A DNA stretch of 64,000 bases, from contig NC_045696.1 in assembly GCF_009834535.1 (NCBI RefSeq), forward strand, positions 35,156,001 through 35,220,000, written 5' to 3'. Position numbers and translations under genes: made by a program. Below are positions 13,028 to 26,196 of this stretch, piece after piece. Under the pieces are notes generated by a model. That model made no database searches. It was not told the DNA's origin and saw only the letters and a program-made list of their open reading frames with translations. The DNA comes from Camelus ferus (Eukaryota). Numbering within the stretch: position 1 is the first letter of the stretch; each line of letters begins with the position of its first letter.

Positions 13028-14016
13028 TTAAATCTCCAGAATATATAAACAGCTCATACAACTTAATAAGAAAACAAACAAACAACCAAACTCAAAAATG
13101 GGCAGAAGATCTAAACAAGCAATTCTCCAATGAAGACATATGAATGGTCAATAGGTACAAGAAAAAATGCTCAATATTGCTAATTACCAGAGAAATGCGA
13201 ATCAAACCTACAATGAGGTATCACCTCACACCAGTCAGAATGGCCATCATTCAAAAGTCCACAAATGATAAATGCTGGAGAGGGTGTAGAGAAAAGGGAA
13301 CCCTACCACACTGTTGGCAGGAATGTAGTTTGGTGCAGCCATTATGGAAAAGAGTATGGAGATTCCTCAAAATACCAAAAATCGACTTACCATATGACCC
13401 AGCAATCCTACTCTTGGGCATATATCCAGAGGGAACCTTAATTCAAAAAAATACATGCACCCTAATGTTCACAGCAGCACTATTTACAATGGCCAAGACA
13501 TAGAAACAACCTAAATATCTATTGACAGATGACTGGATAAAGAAGTTGTGGTATATTTATACAATGGAATACTACTCAGCCATAAAAAGAATTTAAAAAT
13601 GCCATTTGCAGCAACATAGATGAACTTGGAGAATGTCATTCTAAGTGAAGTAAGCCAGAAAGAGAAAGAAAAATACCACTATCACATATATGTGTAATCT
13701 AAAACAAAAAGACAAACAAACTTATTTACAAAACAGAAACAGACTCACAGACATAGAAAGCAAATTTATAGTTACCAGTGGGGAGGAGATGGGAAGGGAT
13801 AAATTGGGAGTTCAAGATTTGCAGATACTAATATACATAAAATAGATAAACCATAAGTTTATACTGTATAGCACAGGGAACTATATTCAGTATCTTGTAG
13901 TAACCTATGATGAAAATGAATATATGTATGTTCCTATATGACTGAAGTATTGTGCTGTACACCAGAAATTGACACATTGTAAACTGACTATACTTCAATA
14001 AAAATATTTTTAAAAA
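13028..14016 (+). mobile_element. 5'-truncated L1 (~1 kb): ORF2 C-terminus and 3'UTR
   Basis: ORF 13144-13503 with '[16 protein letters not shown]...[18 protein letters not shown]'; ends 'tacttcaataaaaatatttttaaaaa'; contains stops. Confidence 0.95.
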
Positions 14017-15899
14017 GGGAATTAAAAAATCCTGCAAAGGACACAATAATCTTTAAAATATAGAATTCTAGTCATGTAATTTATCTTCTTAAAAAGAAGA
14101 AATAAATTTATTTCTTTTTAAGAAAAAGAAATACAGCAGGATTGTAAATTATTATAATGACATAAAGAACTCTAATCGAACGCTAATATTATCTAACATC
14201 TGTGATCTCTGCACCTTCAGTTTACCCCATGCCCTCTTTCACCTAATCCAGTGATGCCTACTTACTTAAGTTTTTTTTTTGATATCACCAAACTCTTTCC
14301 TTCCACAAAGCATTTTACCTTAGTCTATTATCACTTCCTGAAATATCCATAATCTTCCTATTTCCTTGGATAACTACTCCTTATCTTTCATATCTCAGTT
14401 AAATTTCAGTAACACATTAATTTTAATTTTTTCATAGTATTTAGCACAAATTGCTATTATACTGTATTTCTGTTTATTTGTTTGTTACCTGTCTCACCTA
14501 TCTAACTCAAACTTCAAAGTGGAGTAATTAATTTTTGTTCACTATTAATATTCTAGAAATTAGAATTCTACAAGAATGCTTGGAACATAGTGGAGACTTA
14601 GTATGTTTAGTATTTTTTGAGAATAAATGAACAAATTAATGGAAGCTCAAATTACAAAATAGATTTTTTTCCTACATAGAAGTTTACTTTGTTTTCAGTT
14701 TATTTAAATTCAGGTATCCCATTTTTAATTATAACAGGATTTTGATTAACTTGCTATGAACTTTGTCATCTATGCCAGCATTCACTGTGTACCCTCAAAG
14801 GTAATTTTGCTGAGGTTACCCATTTGGTCACCTGAAACATTGGAAACATGCTAGAATTGATTTTACTGTGTAGACATGACTCAAGATGATTGCAAAGCAA
14901 GTTATATAATACTTTGAATTCTTTCTATTCAGAATTCAATCTAATCAAGTCACTTTCAACTTTTATTACTCAGTACATTAAGATGAAACAATATTGTAAA
15001 CATGGTTGACCAGAGAATCAGAAGGAATCCAAGATGAAATAAATCATAATACCTACAAAATAAATAAAGCCAGTTAGAAGAATAGTTCTGTTCTGGAGAT
15101 TCATGTTTCTTTATTTTTAAAAATACTAAAAGTAAACATTTATTTTTGAAATATAATAACTTTAACATAGTATAAACATTTAAAAATTTTTTGTATTAAT
15201 TTCCACTAAGTCATTGAAGTTCAAATTAAAGTAAAATATGGATGATAAATAGAGATGACACATTTATTAGGGGAATACTGTCATCTTAGTAGGGGAATAT
15301 CAATTCTCATTTTTAATTTTTGGGAAAAGGGCAACTTATTTCACTCCTTAACTGCATCTGTGTCTTTGAAAACAAATTTCAGTTTTAAATTTTGTACAAA
15401 TTATGTTAAAGCCTCCCAAGCATTATTTGTTCTAAATATAAAGAATCAAAATAATGCTTCTGAAAAATTCTGGAGTATTTCTGCATAACTCATAAGTGGA
15501 TATGAGATAATCAGTTAATAGCAAGGAGCTTTATTATAGCTGTCAGCCATCAACTTGAGTGGTATTTGAAATAAGAACATACTTTTGGCTCACGTTTTGG
15601 TATTATTTTAAGATTCCTTGTTCTGAACGTGAATTGGATGTAAGAATATACTTTTGGCAGTCAATAAAAATGCTATCAGAGGTACACATAATCTGGTCAT
15701 TGCAGAAGCTTTAGAAAATAAATAGACAAGGTATTATAAGTGGATAGACAGAAATGGGCTATATAATGAGTTTTTACTCTGTGATAAAATACTCCTCTTT
15801 TAATGGATTGAAAGTGCAAGAAACAGTGGTTATACTGTGAAAAATTACACCACCACCTGCCAACTACTAAGTCAATTCTCTGGGTTAAACTAAGGTTTT

Positions 15900-16590
15900 T
15901 GTTGTTTATAACGTCCTGACACCATGGTCTGGCCTATATTAGGACCTGTGCCCAATTTCAGTGTCTAGAATCAGACCAGCTTCTGGGGTCACGTCTATAA
16001 GCTGAATCTAAGTTGAGTAACATTGGATGCAATGCTACAGGAAGAATAGTAGTTGAAGGTCCTGTGTTGTGTGTACACCACACAGACACACAGATACACA
16101 AACACATTATTAGCTCATCATTGCTATTGACCAGTGACTGCTGTGTGTCTTTCCTTCATCCCTTTTCTGAATGAAAAAGTTTTCCTTAGGCTTTCACTAT
16201 CCCTACTTCATCAATGTTCATTGGATGTGTCTTCAGAGGTGGGCAGAGAGCTTTTAACCCCTGGGATGCACATGTGGACCTTATGGAGAGGACTCAGCAG
16301 AGACCCTCTGTATTGAATTAAACACAACATCTGGATGGGGCTATGAGTTATCATCCATGGGAATGGGTACAGACATGTTACATTTATGGGAAGAAAAATG
16401 CAAATCATTATTCAGAGAGCACAGGTTCAGACCATGGCAGAAAATGTTAGTTATTCCATATTATTTTTGGTTACACAGAGAGATTATATATCCTGGCCTC
16501 CATTTTAGTTAGCCATAGTCACTGATTCCAGTGAATGGGAATGTGGGCAAAGCTAGTGTGTGTCTTTTCTAGGCCTGATCTTTTTGTCTA
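15900..16590. mobile_element. Degenerate MaLR (MLT1-type) internal/LTR fragments
   Basis: 'tcctggcctccattttagttagccatagtcactgattccagtgaatgggaatgtgggcaaagctagtgtgtgtc' resembles old MLT1 LTRs. Confidence 0.45.
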
Positions 16591-16664
16591 ATGTTTTTTT
16601 TTTTAACATCCTAAGATATGACTATATATCCTAGTCCTCAGAGCTAAACAGATTTCTCTATTAC

Positions 16665-16804
16665 AAACAGTTCTGAAACAGATAATATGTTTTAATTGTA
16701 GTGATGGTTATATTTGTTAAAGCTCTTAAAACTGTATGCTCAAAATGAGTGCCATTTATTGTAAAAGTTACATCAATGGAGTTCACTTTAAAAAAAAAAA
16801 AAAA
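16665..16804 (+). mobile_element. Short old L1 3' end with A tail
   Basis: 'ttgtagtgatggttatatttgttaaagctcttaaaactgtatgctcaaaatgagtg' followed by a 15-nt A run. Confidence 0.6.
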
Positions 16805-19800
16805 CTAGCAGTTCCTTAAACTCCATAAATAAGTAACTGAAAAACTACTTCCATAAAACATTATCTTGAGTGTGTTAAATGACATTATGGAAAACTTTTA
16901 ATTTGTGTTAACAAAAAACTGCTGCAGGTTAGAATAAAGGCATCTGGAGGACCCTGTTATGAACTGAGAGATGAAGGCAGTTCCATAGTATAAAAATCTT
17001 TTTGATTACTCTGAGGAAAAACTGTACAGCCACAGGATGGCTTGCATTACGTGGTCTATAACCAGAGCTGCATAAAAGAAAATGTGATGTTTGAGGTCTA
17101 AAATCTTTTTTATATTTTCATGGAGAATTCTTCTAAATTTCTAATGTGTAGACATTACTTTCACATGTGTAGACAAATTTTGTCAAAAGTCTACTAAAAA
17201 GTAGAAGTAGCATAACTTTTCATTGTCAGATAGTCAACACCATCAATATGGTTGGTTGGTGAAGTCCCATTTTTAATAATACCCACTTATATCACTCAAT
17301 TTGGATGGTGTTTCTTAAAAAAAAAAAAAAAAAAAGAATCCAGGGAGTCTAGCTACCTTAGGGAAACTGAGGTGGAGACCTACCCATCCTTACTTAAAAT
17401 GAAGATATGCCATCAATCAGCAAACACCTTCTCCAAATCTATTTTGACATATTATAGTTCAAATATCAGGCATATGGGACTACAGCTCTGGTGCTGTTTG
17501 TGGAATGTGTGTGCATGCTAGGACAATGTCAGGGATGGGGTGAGTAATGACACTGTAAATTGAAGTCATCTGCTTATTTTCCACATGCCTGCTCTGAGTA
17601 AGCATCTGCAAAAGAATTTCTCCCATGCTGCTCTGTCCATGACCTTGACCCTGAGAAGACAATCCTTCAAAGGGAAACGAAGAATCTCTTGAGAGAAGAA
17701 CTATATTGTTAATGTATCTATGTTCTGTTCCTCTATAAATAATAGTATATTCTTGTACTCTGATATCAGTATCTTAGTTCAAATGCTTTTCTTAAAGCAT
17801 ATTCTACATCAGTCAAGAGAAGATAAGAAAGAACAAAACATTAGCCCAGTATTGTAGAGACCCACTCAGTAACCAAATAAATCAAAGGGAAATCTGTACA
17901 CGTATCTTCAGATAAAAATGAGAAATATTGTAGAAATTTCATAAATTTTTTAGGAATTCAAGACCCTGGTACTCTGTAGTCTACTGTAATTATTATAGGC
18001 AGAATAAATATAGTCCACATTACCCACTCTTGACCTTTCAATAGTCTTTTTCCCATAGGATTCCAAATAATGACTAGTTTTAAATTGGCACATTGCTGAC
18101 CAATGCATTTTCCTAAGCAAATTTTTACCCCTATACTTATTCATGCCTCTTTAAATAAAAATGAAGGATAGCTTCTTAACTGCAAATCACTGGAGCAGGT
18201 TAGGTCCTTTGTACCAAGTACTTGGCTACATTTTTGTTTCAATATATTCCCACATTTCTCCATCTCACTTGTTTTTAGAATTGTAAACAATTTAAATAAA
18301 TAGATAGTTCTGTGTTAATCTCAACATATTTTACATTCTTAAATGAACAAAATCACTTTTTCATTTGGAAAATTAACTTTGGCATGCTGTAGTACAAAAA
18401 TAAGCACTGAACTTTCAAGTTTAAAAAAAAAATCAACCATTTTCTGCCCCTACCTCTAAAAATCTGTCTGATGACCTTGTGTGAGTCACTTGATCTCTCT
18501 GACTTTTTTTTTTTTTTCCCAGATCACAGACAAAGATCTGGTCATTCTTAAGGTCATTTATAATGAAAAACTTCTATTATCCATGATACATCACTACAGA
18601 GTTATAAATATTTATTTGCCAGTCATAGAGAATGAAAGGAGAGGTTATGCTGTCCAATTTTCATGACAATATTGGAAGTAATGTTTCAACTTGCTTATAG
18701 AAGCACCTAAAAGGTACTGACAACATATTTGGTTCTTTCTGGATGAATACAATCGCTAGTATTATACCATCATTTCTTGACATTTTGTCTTTGGAAGCTT
18801 TCTTTCTAGAATGATTTGACAGTTCAAATGAAATTTCTTAGCATTTGAATATATACACTTGACACATTAAAAAACACAATATGTGTATTACTTTGCAGTG
18901 TTTTCACTTGACACATCTATTCCTATTTTTTCATATTGTGTCCCTTAATCTAAGCAGCTGGGATCATTTGACCTCCACCAAAAGGGAAAATTTCCCCTAT
19001 TGTTAATCCTCTGGGCAGTTTTCCATATCAATTAGAAATGTTGCCTACCTCCTAAAGTTTTCCAAGTGACAAGATTACAGGTAATCATAATAAGTACTCT
19101 ATGGAATTGCCCGTCCCTGCTAATTCCAAGTGTGTACAGACATTCCTCTGAGACTCACCTTACTGGCATTTAAATTATCCATACACTGTCAAGAAAAAAA
19201 CATGATAATCACATGACATATGAGAATTCTACTTCAGTGTTACAACCTTGTCAGCTTGGCCTCTCAACTAGGCAAATAAACTGACCACTTACTCTTTCTT
19301 TTGAGCTATTAATTTTCCTGAAAATGCATCAGCCTGGAAATATACCGAAAATATGTAGAATAGCCCAATTCAGCATCTCTCAGCCTAGTGACATGATTTC
19401 TGTAAGTAACTGTCAAGGACTGATACCCAGACCTTCACATAGGAGTGGTTCTGCGTATGTCATTACCATATAACATGACATGCCAGTTAACTATGTCATT
19501 TGTTCTCACTTCAACTGAATTGTATTACAATACTTTTTGATGCAAGTTCCCTCAGAGGAAAAATTCTATTGCTCTTACATATTTTCAGCAACCTAAAGCA
19601 TTTCTCTGACTTTAGTCTGCAACTGATCAGTGGATGCTAGTTTTCAGAGATGTACATAAATATACCTCATAATTAGATAAATAAAGCAGTGATTTATTTA
19701 AACTGAAAGGCCACTTATTTTTAAATTTTCTATTTACTTGTCAAATATTGGAGACTGTTCAACAAAAAGAAAAAAGTAATATAAAATTTATGGGGAAAAA

Positions 19801-20262
19801 TCTATCTCTTAATAAAATTATTTATTTTAGAATCAGCTCACTAATAAATGAAGGAGACACAAAATATCCCAATGCCTCACATGCCATGTATTGTTATTTG
19901 TAAATGACACTGATGAGAAATTCTTCCTGCAATGAACTATTGATTCTACAAGTCATAATGATATAAAAAACATGATATGTTAGCATAAGAACATTTAAGC
20001 ATCTTTTTTTTTCTACTAATGTAGTTACATCAATTACATTTGTTTTTCAGAGCAGAAAAAGGACATCACCCTAAATTTCTTTCCCACTGTCTTTATGTCC
20101 ACATAACATTTAACTTGCTATAGGTAGTTTAAATGTAATGAAAATCAGAGACATGCTGAGAGGGTTGAAAATAGCAACACACTATGAGAAGTTACAAATT
20201 TCAACAAGCATTTATATTAAAATAAATTTCTAATCTAAAATTGATCTTAAAATTAAAAATAA

Positions 20263-21922
20263 ATGCAGCTATCCAGTTTTCCCAGCACAACAGATTGAAG
20301 AGACTGTCTTTCCTCCACTGTATATTCTTGCCTCTTTTGTCATGGATTAATCAACCATAGGCATGTAGGTTTATGGGGTCTCTATTCTGTTTTGTTCATC
20401 TATGTGTCTATTTTTGTGTCAGTACTATGCTGTTTTGATGACTACAGCTTTGTAGTGTAGTCTAAAGTCAGAGAGTGTGATACCTCTGGCTTTGTTCTTT
20501 TTTGTCAAGGTTGCTTTGGCAGTTCAGGGTCTTTTTTGGTTCCATACAAATTTTTGGATTATTTGTTCTAGTTCTGTGAAAAATGTCATGGATACTTTTA
20601 TAGGAATTGCATTGAAACTGTATATTGCTTTGGGTAGTATGAACATTTTAACAATATTAATTCTTTCAATCCACTAACACTGAGATTAGAACATTTCCTC
20701 ACTCCATATACAAATACAAACTCAAAGTGAACTAAAGACCTAAAGACCTAAAGGTAATGATCTGAAACCATAAAAATTCGAGAAGAGAACACAGGCAGAA
20801 CACTCTCTGACATAAATTGTAGCTATATTTTTTTGGATCTGTTGCCTAGGGCAAAAGGAATAAAAGTGAAAATAAACAAATGGGACGTAATTAAACTTAA
20901 AAGCTTTTGCACAGCAAAGGAAACCATCAATAAAGCAAAAAGACAACCTACTGAATGGGGAGAAAATATTTGCAAATGACATGACAGATAAGAGGTTAGT
21001 ATCCAAAGTATAAAAACAGCTAATTCAACTCAACAACAAAAGAAATTCAATTAAAAAAATGGGCAGAAATCCTGAATAGACATTTTTCCAAAGAAGACAT
21101 AAAGAAGCTAACAGGCACATGAAGAGTTGTTTGACATCACTAATTAGAGACAGAAATGCAAATCAAAACCACAATGAGATATCACCTTACACCTGTCACA
21201 ATGGCTAACATCAAAAAGTCTACAAATAACAAATGCTGGTGAGGATGTGGAGAAAAGGGAACCCTTGTACACTGTTGGTGGGAACATAAATTGGTGCAGC
21301 CAGTATGGAGGTTTCTTAAAGAACTAAAAATAGAAGTACCATATCATCCAGTAATTTCACTGCTGGATTATATTTCTATTCAAAGAAAATGAAAACACTA
21401 ATTTGAAAAGATACATGCACCCTAATGTTCATAGCAGTGTTATTTATAATAGCCAAAGTATGGAAGCAACCCAAGTGTCTATCAACAGATTAATGAATAA
21501 AGAAGATGTGGTACATATATGGAATATTACTCAGCCATAGAAATGAATGAAATTCTGAGCATTTGCAACAATGTGGATGGATCTAGAGAGTATTGTGCTT
21601 AGTAAAATAAGTCAGACAAGACAAATACTATATGTTATCACTTACATGTGGAATTAAAAAAATTAAACAAAAACAGACTCGTAGATATAGAAAACAAACT
21701 AATGGATATCACTGAGGAGAGGGAAGAAGATAAAGAGTATGAAGGGGGTATGGGATTAAGAAATACAAACCACTATATATAAAATAGGCAAGCAACAAGG
21801 ATATATTATACAGCACAGAGAAATACAGCCATTATTTTGTAATAACTTTAAAATACTGATTTACTATACTGTACATGTAAAACTAATACAATATTGTAAC
21901 TTAACTATATGTCAATAAAAAA
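20263..21922 (+). mobile_element. L1 with 5' inversion: ~20263-20680 antisense ORF2, ~20681-21922 sense ORF2 3' part and 3'UTR
   Basis: The outer end of the inverted piece corresponds to 'CWENWIAA' and the sense piece starts at 'RLEHFLTPY', the adjacent ORF2 positions; ends 'gtcaataaaaaa'. Confidence 0.9.
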
Positions 21923-22009
21923 GCTTAAAAGTTGTGTTTCAGTGTTTTTCTAGATTTTTCATTAATGAAGGAAAAAAATGGCTTTTTTCCCTCTTAGTGC
22001 CTCTCAGCA

Positions 22010-22130
22010 TCAGGCTTTTCATCAACAAGGAAGTCATAGGAACACTCCTTAGGAGTGTTGTGAGATTAAGTGAGTTAATGCTTATGGAGTCCTTAGCAAT
22101 GCTTACCATGTAGTAAGTACTCAATGTACA
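22010..22130 (+). mobile_element. MIR SINE 3' half
   Basis: 'gtgttgtgagattaagtgagttaatgc...cttagcaatgcttaccatgtagtaagtactcaat'. Confidence 0.75.
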
Positions 22131-22309
22131 GTAAACTTGTTTTACGTCTTTGCAGTTTGATATACACTCTTAAAATTACACCAATTTTGTATTATCATAT
22201 TCCCATTATGTAGATGTTGTTTTAATATAGAATATTTGCAATTACTTAGAATTGGGAAAAATCAAGCTACAAGAAGATATGCTGTTTAATCAGACTTCTA
22301 GGGAGAAAA

Positions 22310-22990
22310 ATTGTTTATTCATTCTTCCATTTAATACATATTTATTATATGCCTACTTCAGGCCAGACACTGAACTAAATGCTGGGATATAATGGTGATT
22401 AAAAGGTGAACTTATAACTCAGTAGGAGAAGTGGGTATTAATCAAATAATCATACTAATTAATGCATAATTGCAAACTGAGACAGTCTCTGAAGGCAATC
22501 ACACTAATGAATGGGTAAATATTCTTTACGCAAGTTGAAAAGATAAAATAAAGGAATCTGATCTAGATGAAGGAGAATGATGATCAGCGCAAGTCTGAAC
22601 AGGACAACCATAGAATAAGTAAGAGTTCCCTGATCAAAACTGGTAGGAGAAATGGGGCGGGGGCAGGGGGAACAGTCAGCGCACTTCTGGCAAAGGAACA
22701 GAATGTATAGAGGTTAGTGTCAGCTGAGTGAAAGCCGGACATCTTCAGAGAGCAAATGAAGGGCATATGAGTTGGAAAGAGGGAAAAGTTAGAGGAAGAG
22801 GAGAAAGAGATGGAGTTGGGAAGGTGCCCAGGCACAGATAGCCAAGCTGAGTTTTATATGCCCTGCATGGATCTGAGACTCTGAAGAGCAACAGAATGAA
22901 ACTATAGGTTTCTAAGCAGTAGTGATGACATGATGAGACTTTCACTGTGTGAAATGTTCAAAGTATGGAGAGAGGGCCAGAGAGAATGTG
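22310..22990 (-). mobile_element. L2 3' region, antisense
   Basis: Starts 'ttattcattcttccatttaatacatatttattatatgcctacttcaggccagacactgaactaaatgctggg'; purine-rich body. Confidence 0.7.
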
Positions 22991-23469
22991 AGAGAGCTCA
23001 AGCAGGGTATGTGAGTCAAGGGGCCTTCAGAGAAGCAGAGATGATTTGTGCAAGAAAATAGGGAGAGAAATGGGAGAGCCTGTGGGAGTCATCAGACCAC
23101 TCACCATTGTGAGGGAGAGAAGGAAGGACGACAATGGAGTGGGGAAGTCTTAGCCCACCATTCAACACCTTGAGTTAAAGGCTTTTAAGTGAGTCCTGTA
23201 TCTCCCAGGAAAAGGCCTGTCTTGGCATCCCTGTTGTGCAGTCACTGGAAGGGAAAAGTCCATAGGAATTTTGGCCTAAGCATAAATGTGTGATGAATTT
23301 CAGAGTACAAGAACTGTACTCTTTGGTCAAATACACTTAGCAGAAGGTCTGAGAGGTGCATTTTCATGGATGCCTCACATTACGTTAATAGTGAAGAAAG
23401 AAGTAAACAGATATGATCAAGATTCAAGAACTGAGGTCAATATGACTTTATAAGATTTTAGAAAGGTAT

Positions 23470-23766
23470 GAATGCCAGTTTATCAGAGATGCCTTCCCTG
23501 ATCACCCTGTCTATAAAAGCACCTCTCTTTTCACACATAATCCTGTTCTCTCATGCAGTTTTATTTTGGGAACTGGAATTTACCAATTTCTGATATAGTA
23601 ATTTTTTTACTTGTTTTAATTCTTTATTGTCTACCTGTCAACACTTCTCGCCAACCAAAATCTAAGCTTCATTATTTCAAGGCGACTTCCTTCCATTTTA
23701 TTGCTATTTTTCCAGTAACTAAAGCAGTATGGCCATTCAAGATATATTTGTTGAATAAATGAATGG
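23470..23766 (+). mobile_element. L2 3' end
   Basis: 'cagagatgccttccctgatcaccctgtcta' and terminal 'atatttgttgaataaatgaatg'. Confidence 0.75.
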
Positions 23767-25956
23767 GGGGGGGTGTTGGCTTAAGGATGAAAGAAGAGAA
23801 AATGTCAAAGAAGACTCCCAGTTTTATGGTATGTGCAACTGGATGGATGGTGGTTCGTTCACTGAGGAAATACACAATAGAAATCTTGGGCAGGTGGGTC
23901 AGAAAATAATACTTTTTTTCCCTCGTACTTGATTTTGAAATTTCTTTGAGATGTCCAAATAGAGCTTGTACCTTTTCTTAATAAACCAAATATTACACTA
24001 TAAAATTTAATGCAAGTAATGGAAAGTTGCAGGGTATGTATTAGTTTGTATTGTCTATTTTATAACACTAAAGCATTGAAATCTGAGTTACCTTGTAAAA
24101 TCAACACATAATAACTATCAAAACTCCAGTAAGAGATGACTGAAGAGATCAACACATAAAGGTAATATCTGAAGGAAGATTGGTCAGTCACGAAAGCAGA
24201 GAAAAGGGAAAAACCACAGAAATAAAAGTTTCTAATATCCATTCAGATACTGATAGAGAAGACATTGGGTCTTTAGAATTGTGTTTCCTTTGTTCTGTGA
24301 AATAGATACACACACTTATGTTAATAAATACTACTAAATATTTGGGCTTGGTTAATGTGCCCTCCCCTCCCTTTCCTAAGGGAGGCATTAACTCAGCTCC
24401 TGAGCCTTCCAGGCTTAAGGCCAGATCCTGCATCTGACAAATTCACTGAAGTAATAAAATGCCAGCCTAAGAGTTCTTTTAAGTTAGCATACTAGATATT
24501 CTTTTCAGTGGCAAAATCTGCACATTGCTGGTGCATTAGGAGAAAAACAATTATCTTCAACTGTGATGCCAAGTTAACTGATATTTGATTTTGTCTCAGG
24601 AAAGATCAGGTTTCTTCTCAGCAATGAGCTAATTTTGTCCTAGGAACAAAAGGGACTCAAGACAATGGTTGTTTAATTTGGGGCTAAGAAATGAGTATAG
24701 GCATGAATTTGGTCATGCCTATCCACTGTATAGCTGTGTGACATCTGGTAATCATTTATTTCCTCCCCCCAATTCTGATAAAAAAATACATACTTTGTGT
24801 CCACTAGCTAACTTTCCCTTGGCAAGTTATGGTATTAATTAATAACAAGGCAGAGTATATTCAGTCAGAATAATCATATAAATGTCCGTGACAGCTCTGT
24901 GTAATCCACCTGTGTGTATACAGGCAGCCCTCACTTTGCATGGTGCTATGTAAAGTATGACTTACGTGTAGAGGAGCCACTCAAGCAAAGCCACTATTCC
25001 TAGCGTACAAGTGTCAGTTAATACATTTACCTGAAAGTGAAGATTGCTTATGACATAATTAGCCCATGAATCAGTAATAGCTATGAATATAGCCACCTTT
25101 TTGCTTTTTCATCCATTTTTAAAAGGATGACATTAATAAATATAACGTTTTTCATTCTTCTATTCAAATAGGGTGGCTAAAGCAGAGGAAACGCAGATAG
25201 ATGGTATTCTCTAAAAAGAATCCATCCCTTCTTTCCCAAAATTCTTTCTTTGTTTACTATTAAAGAGATTAGTATTCTCCTTGAACTTTGAAATGATCTT
25301 TAACTTGTTTGTTAGTCCTCATATCCTGTGGGTTGTTAAATACCATCATTTACGGCACTGTGCTGTTACAGCCATGCTTTCTGTTATAGTTTTATTGCTT
25401 CCACAAGAGATTATGCTGTCATTATCCTTCCTCTGGATAAGCCTGTAGTTTTCCACCTAGCCTGCTCTGCCTTTTTTTCCCCCTCAAATAAAACAAGCAA
25501 AGTGTTTACCAATTAATATTCTTCACACAAAACCAAGATCATGCTACTTCCTTGCTCACAAATCCCAGAACAATCAATATTGGGATTCAAGTTCCTTCTC
25601 AGCCCAAACCACAATTACCTTTTCTGTCCCCATAGTTCACTTAGTTTCTACAGATCAATACTCTAAAGGCAAGAATGTGGAACCATGCACTTTTATAGTT
25701 TTACTTCATGTAATATGAACAATTACCTTCATTTTTTCAACTTCCATTCCTCACATTCATGCACGATATTCTCCATAATATCTAAAAGTCCACATTTTGC
25801 TCATTTTTAGGTACAAATGCAAATATAAATGTCACTTATTCCACAAACTGTTCTATTCTCCAAGGTAGCTGTCTTCTCTCCTTCTTCTACATGTCCACTT
25901 CCCTTAATTCTTAAATTTCCTATGACAGGCATTATTTTCCATTTAGTATGGCATGC

Positions 25957-25958
<2 letters not shown>

Positions 25959-25998
<40 letters not shown>
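25959..25998. repeat. (TA)20 microsatellite
   Basis: Direct reading. Confidence 0.95.
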
Positions 25999-26008
<10 letters not shown>

Positions 26009-26196
26009 GCAATATATATCTTATTATAGTATAGCATTACTATGCATATAATACGTCTCCAACTATCCTAGAATATCCACAGACAGGGAATCTGTATCCA
26101 TTTCATGTGTGTTCTCATACTGTATTTTACATTAGTGATTTATATAGAATAATTACACACCAAAGTCTTTTATTATAGCAAGATAAATTAATGATA

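Larger units (their letters stand above)
10650..14645 (+). mobile_element. Long fragmented L2 (LINE-2), interrupted by an LTR (~11545-12000) and an L1 (13028-14016)
   Basis: Pyrimidine-rich L2-like stretches ('aaatcaccaagaacttccttattgtctaaa', 'cttggctttcatgacatgctttcctggttttcct') and an L2-type 3' end 'tgcttggaacatagtggagactt...gaataaatgaacaaattaatggaa'. Confidence 0.6.
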
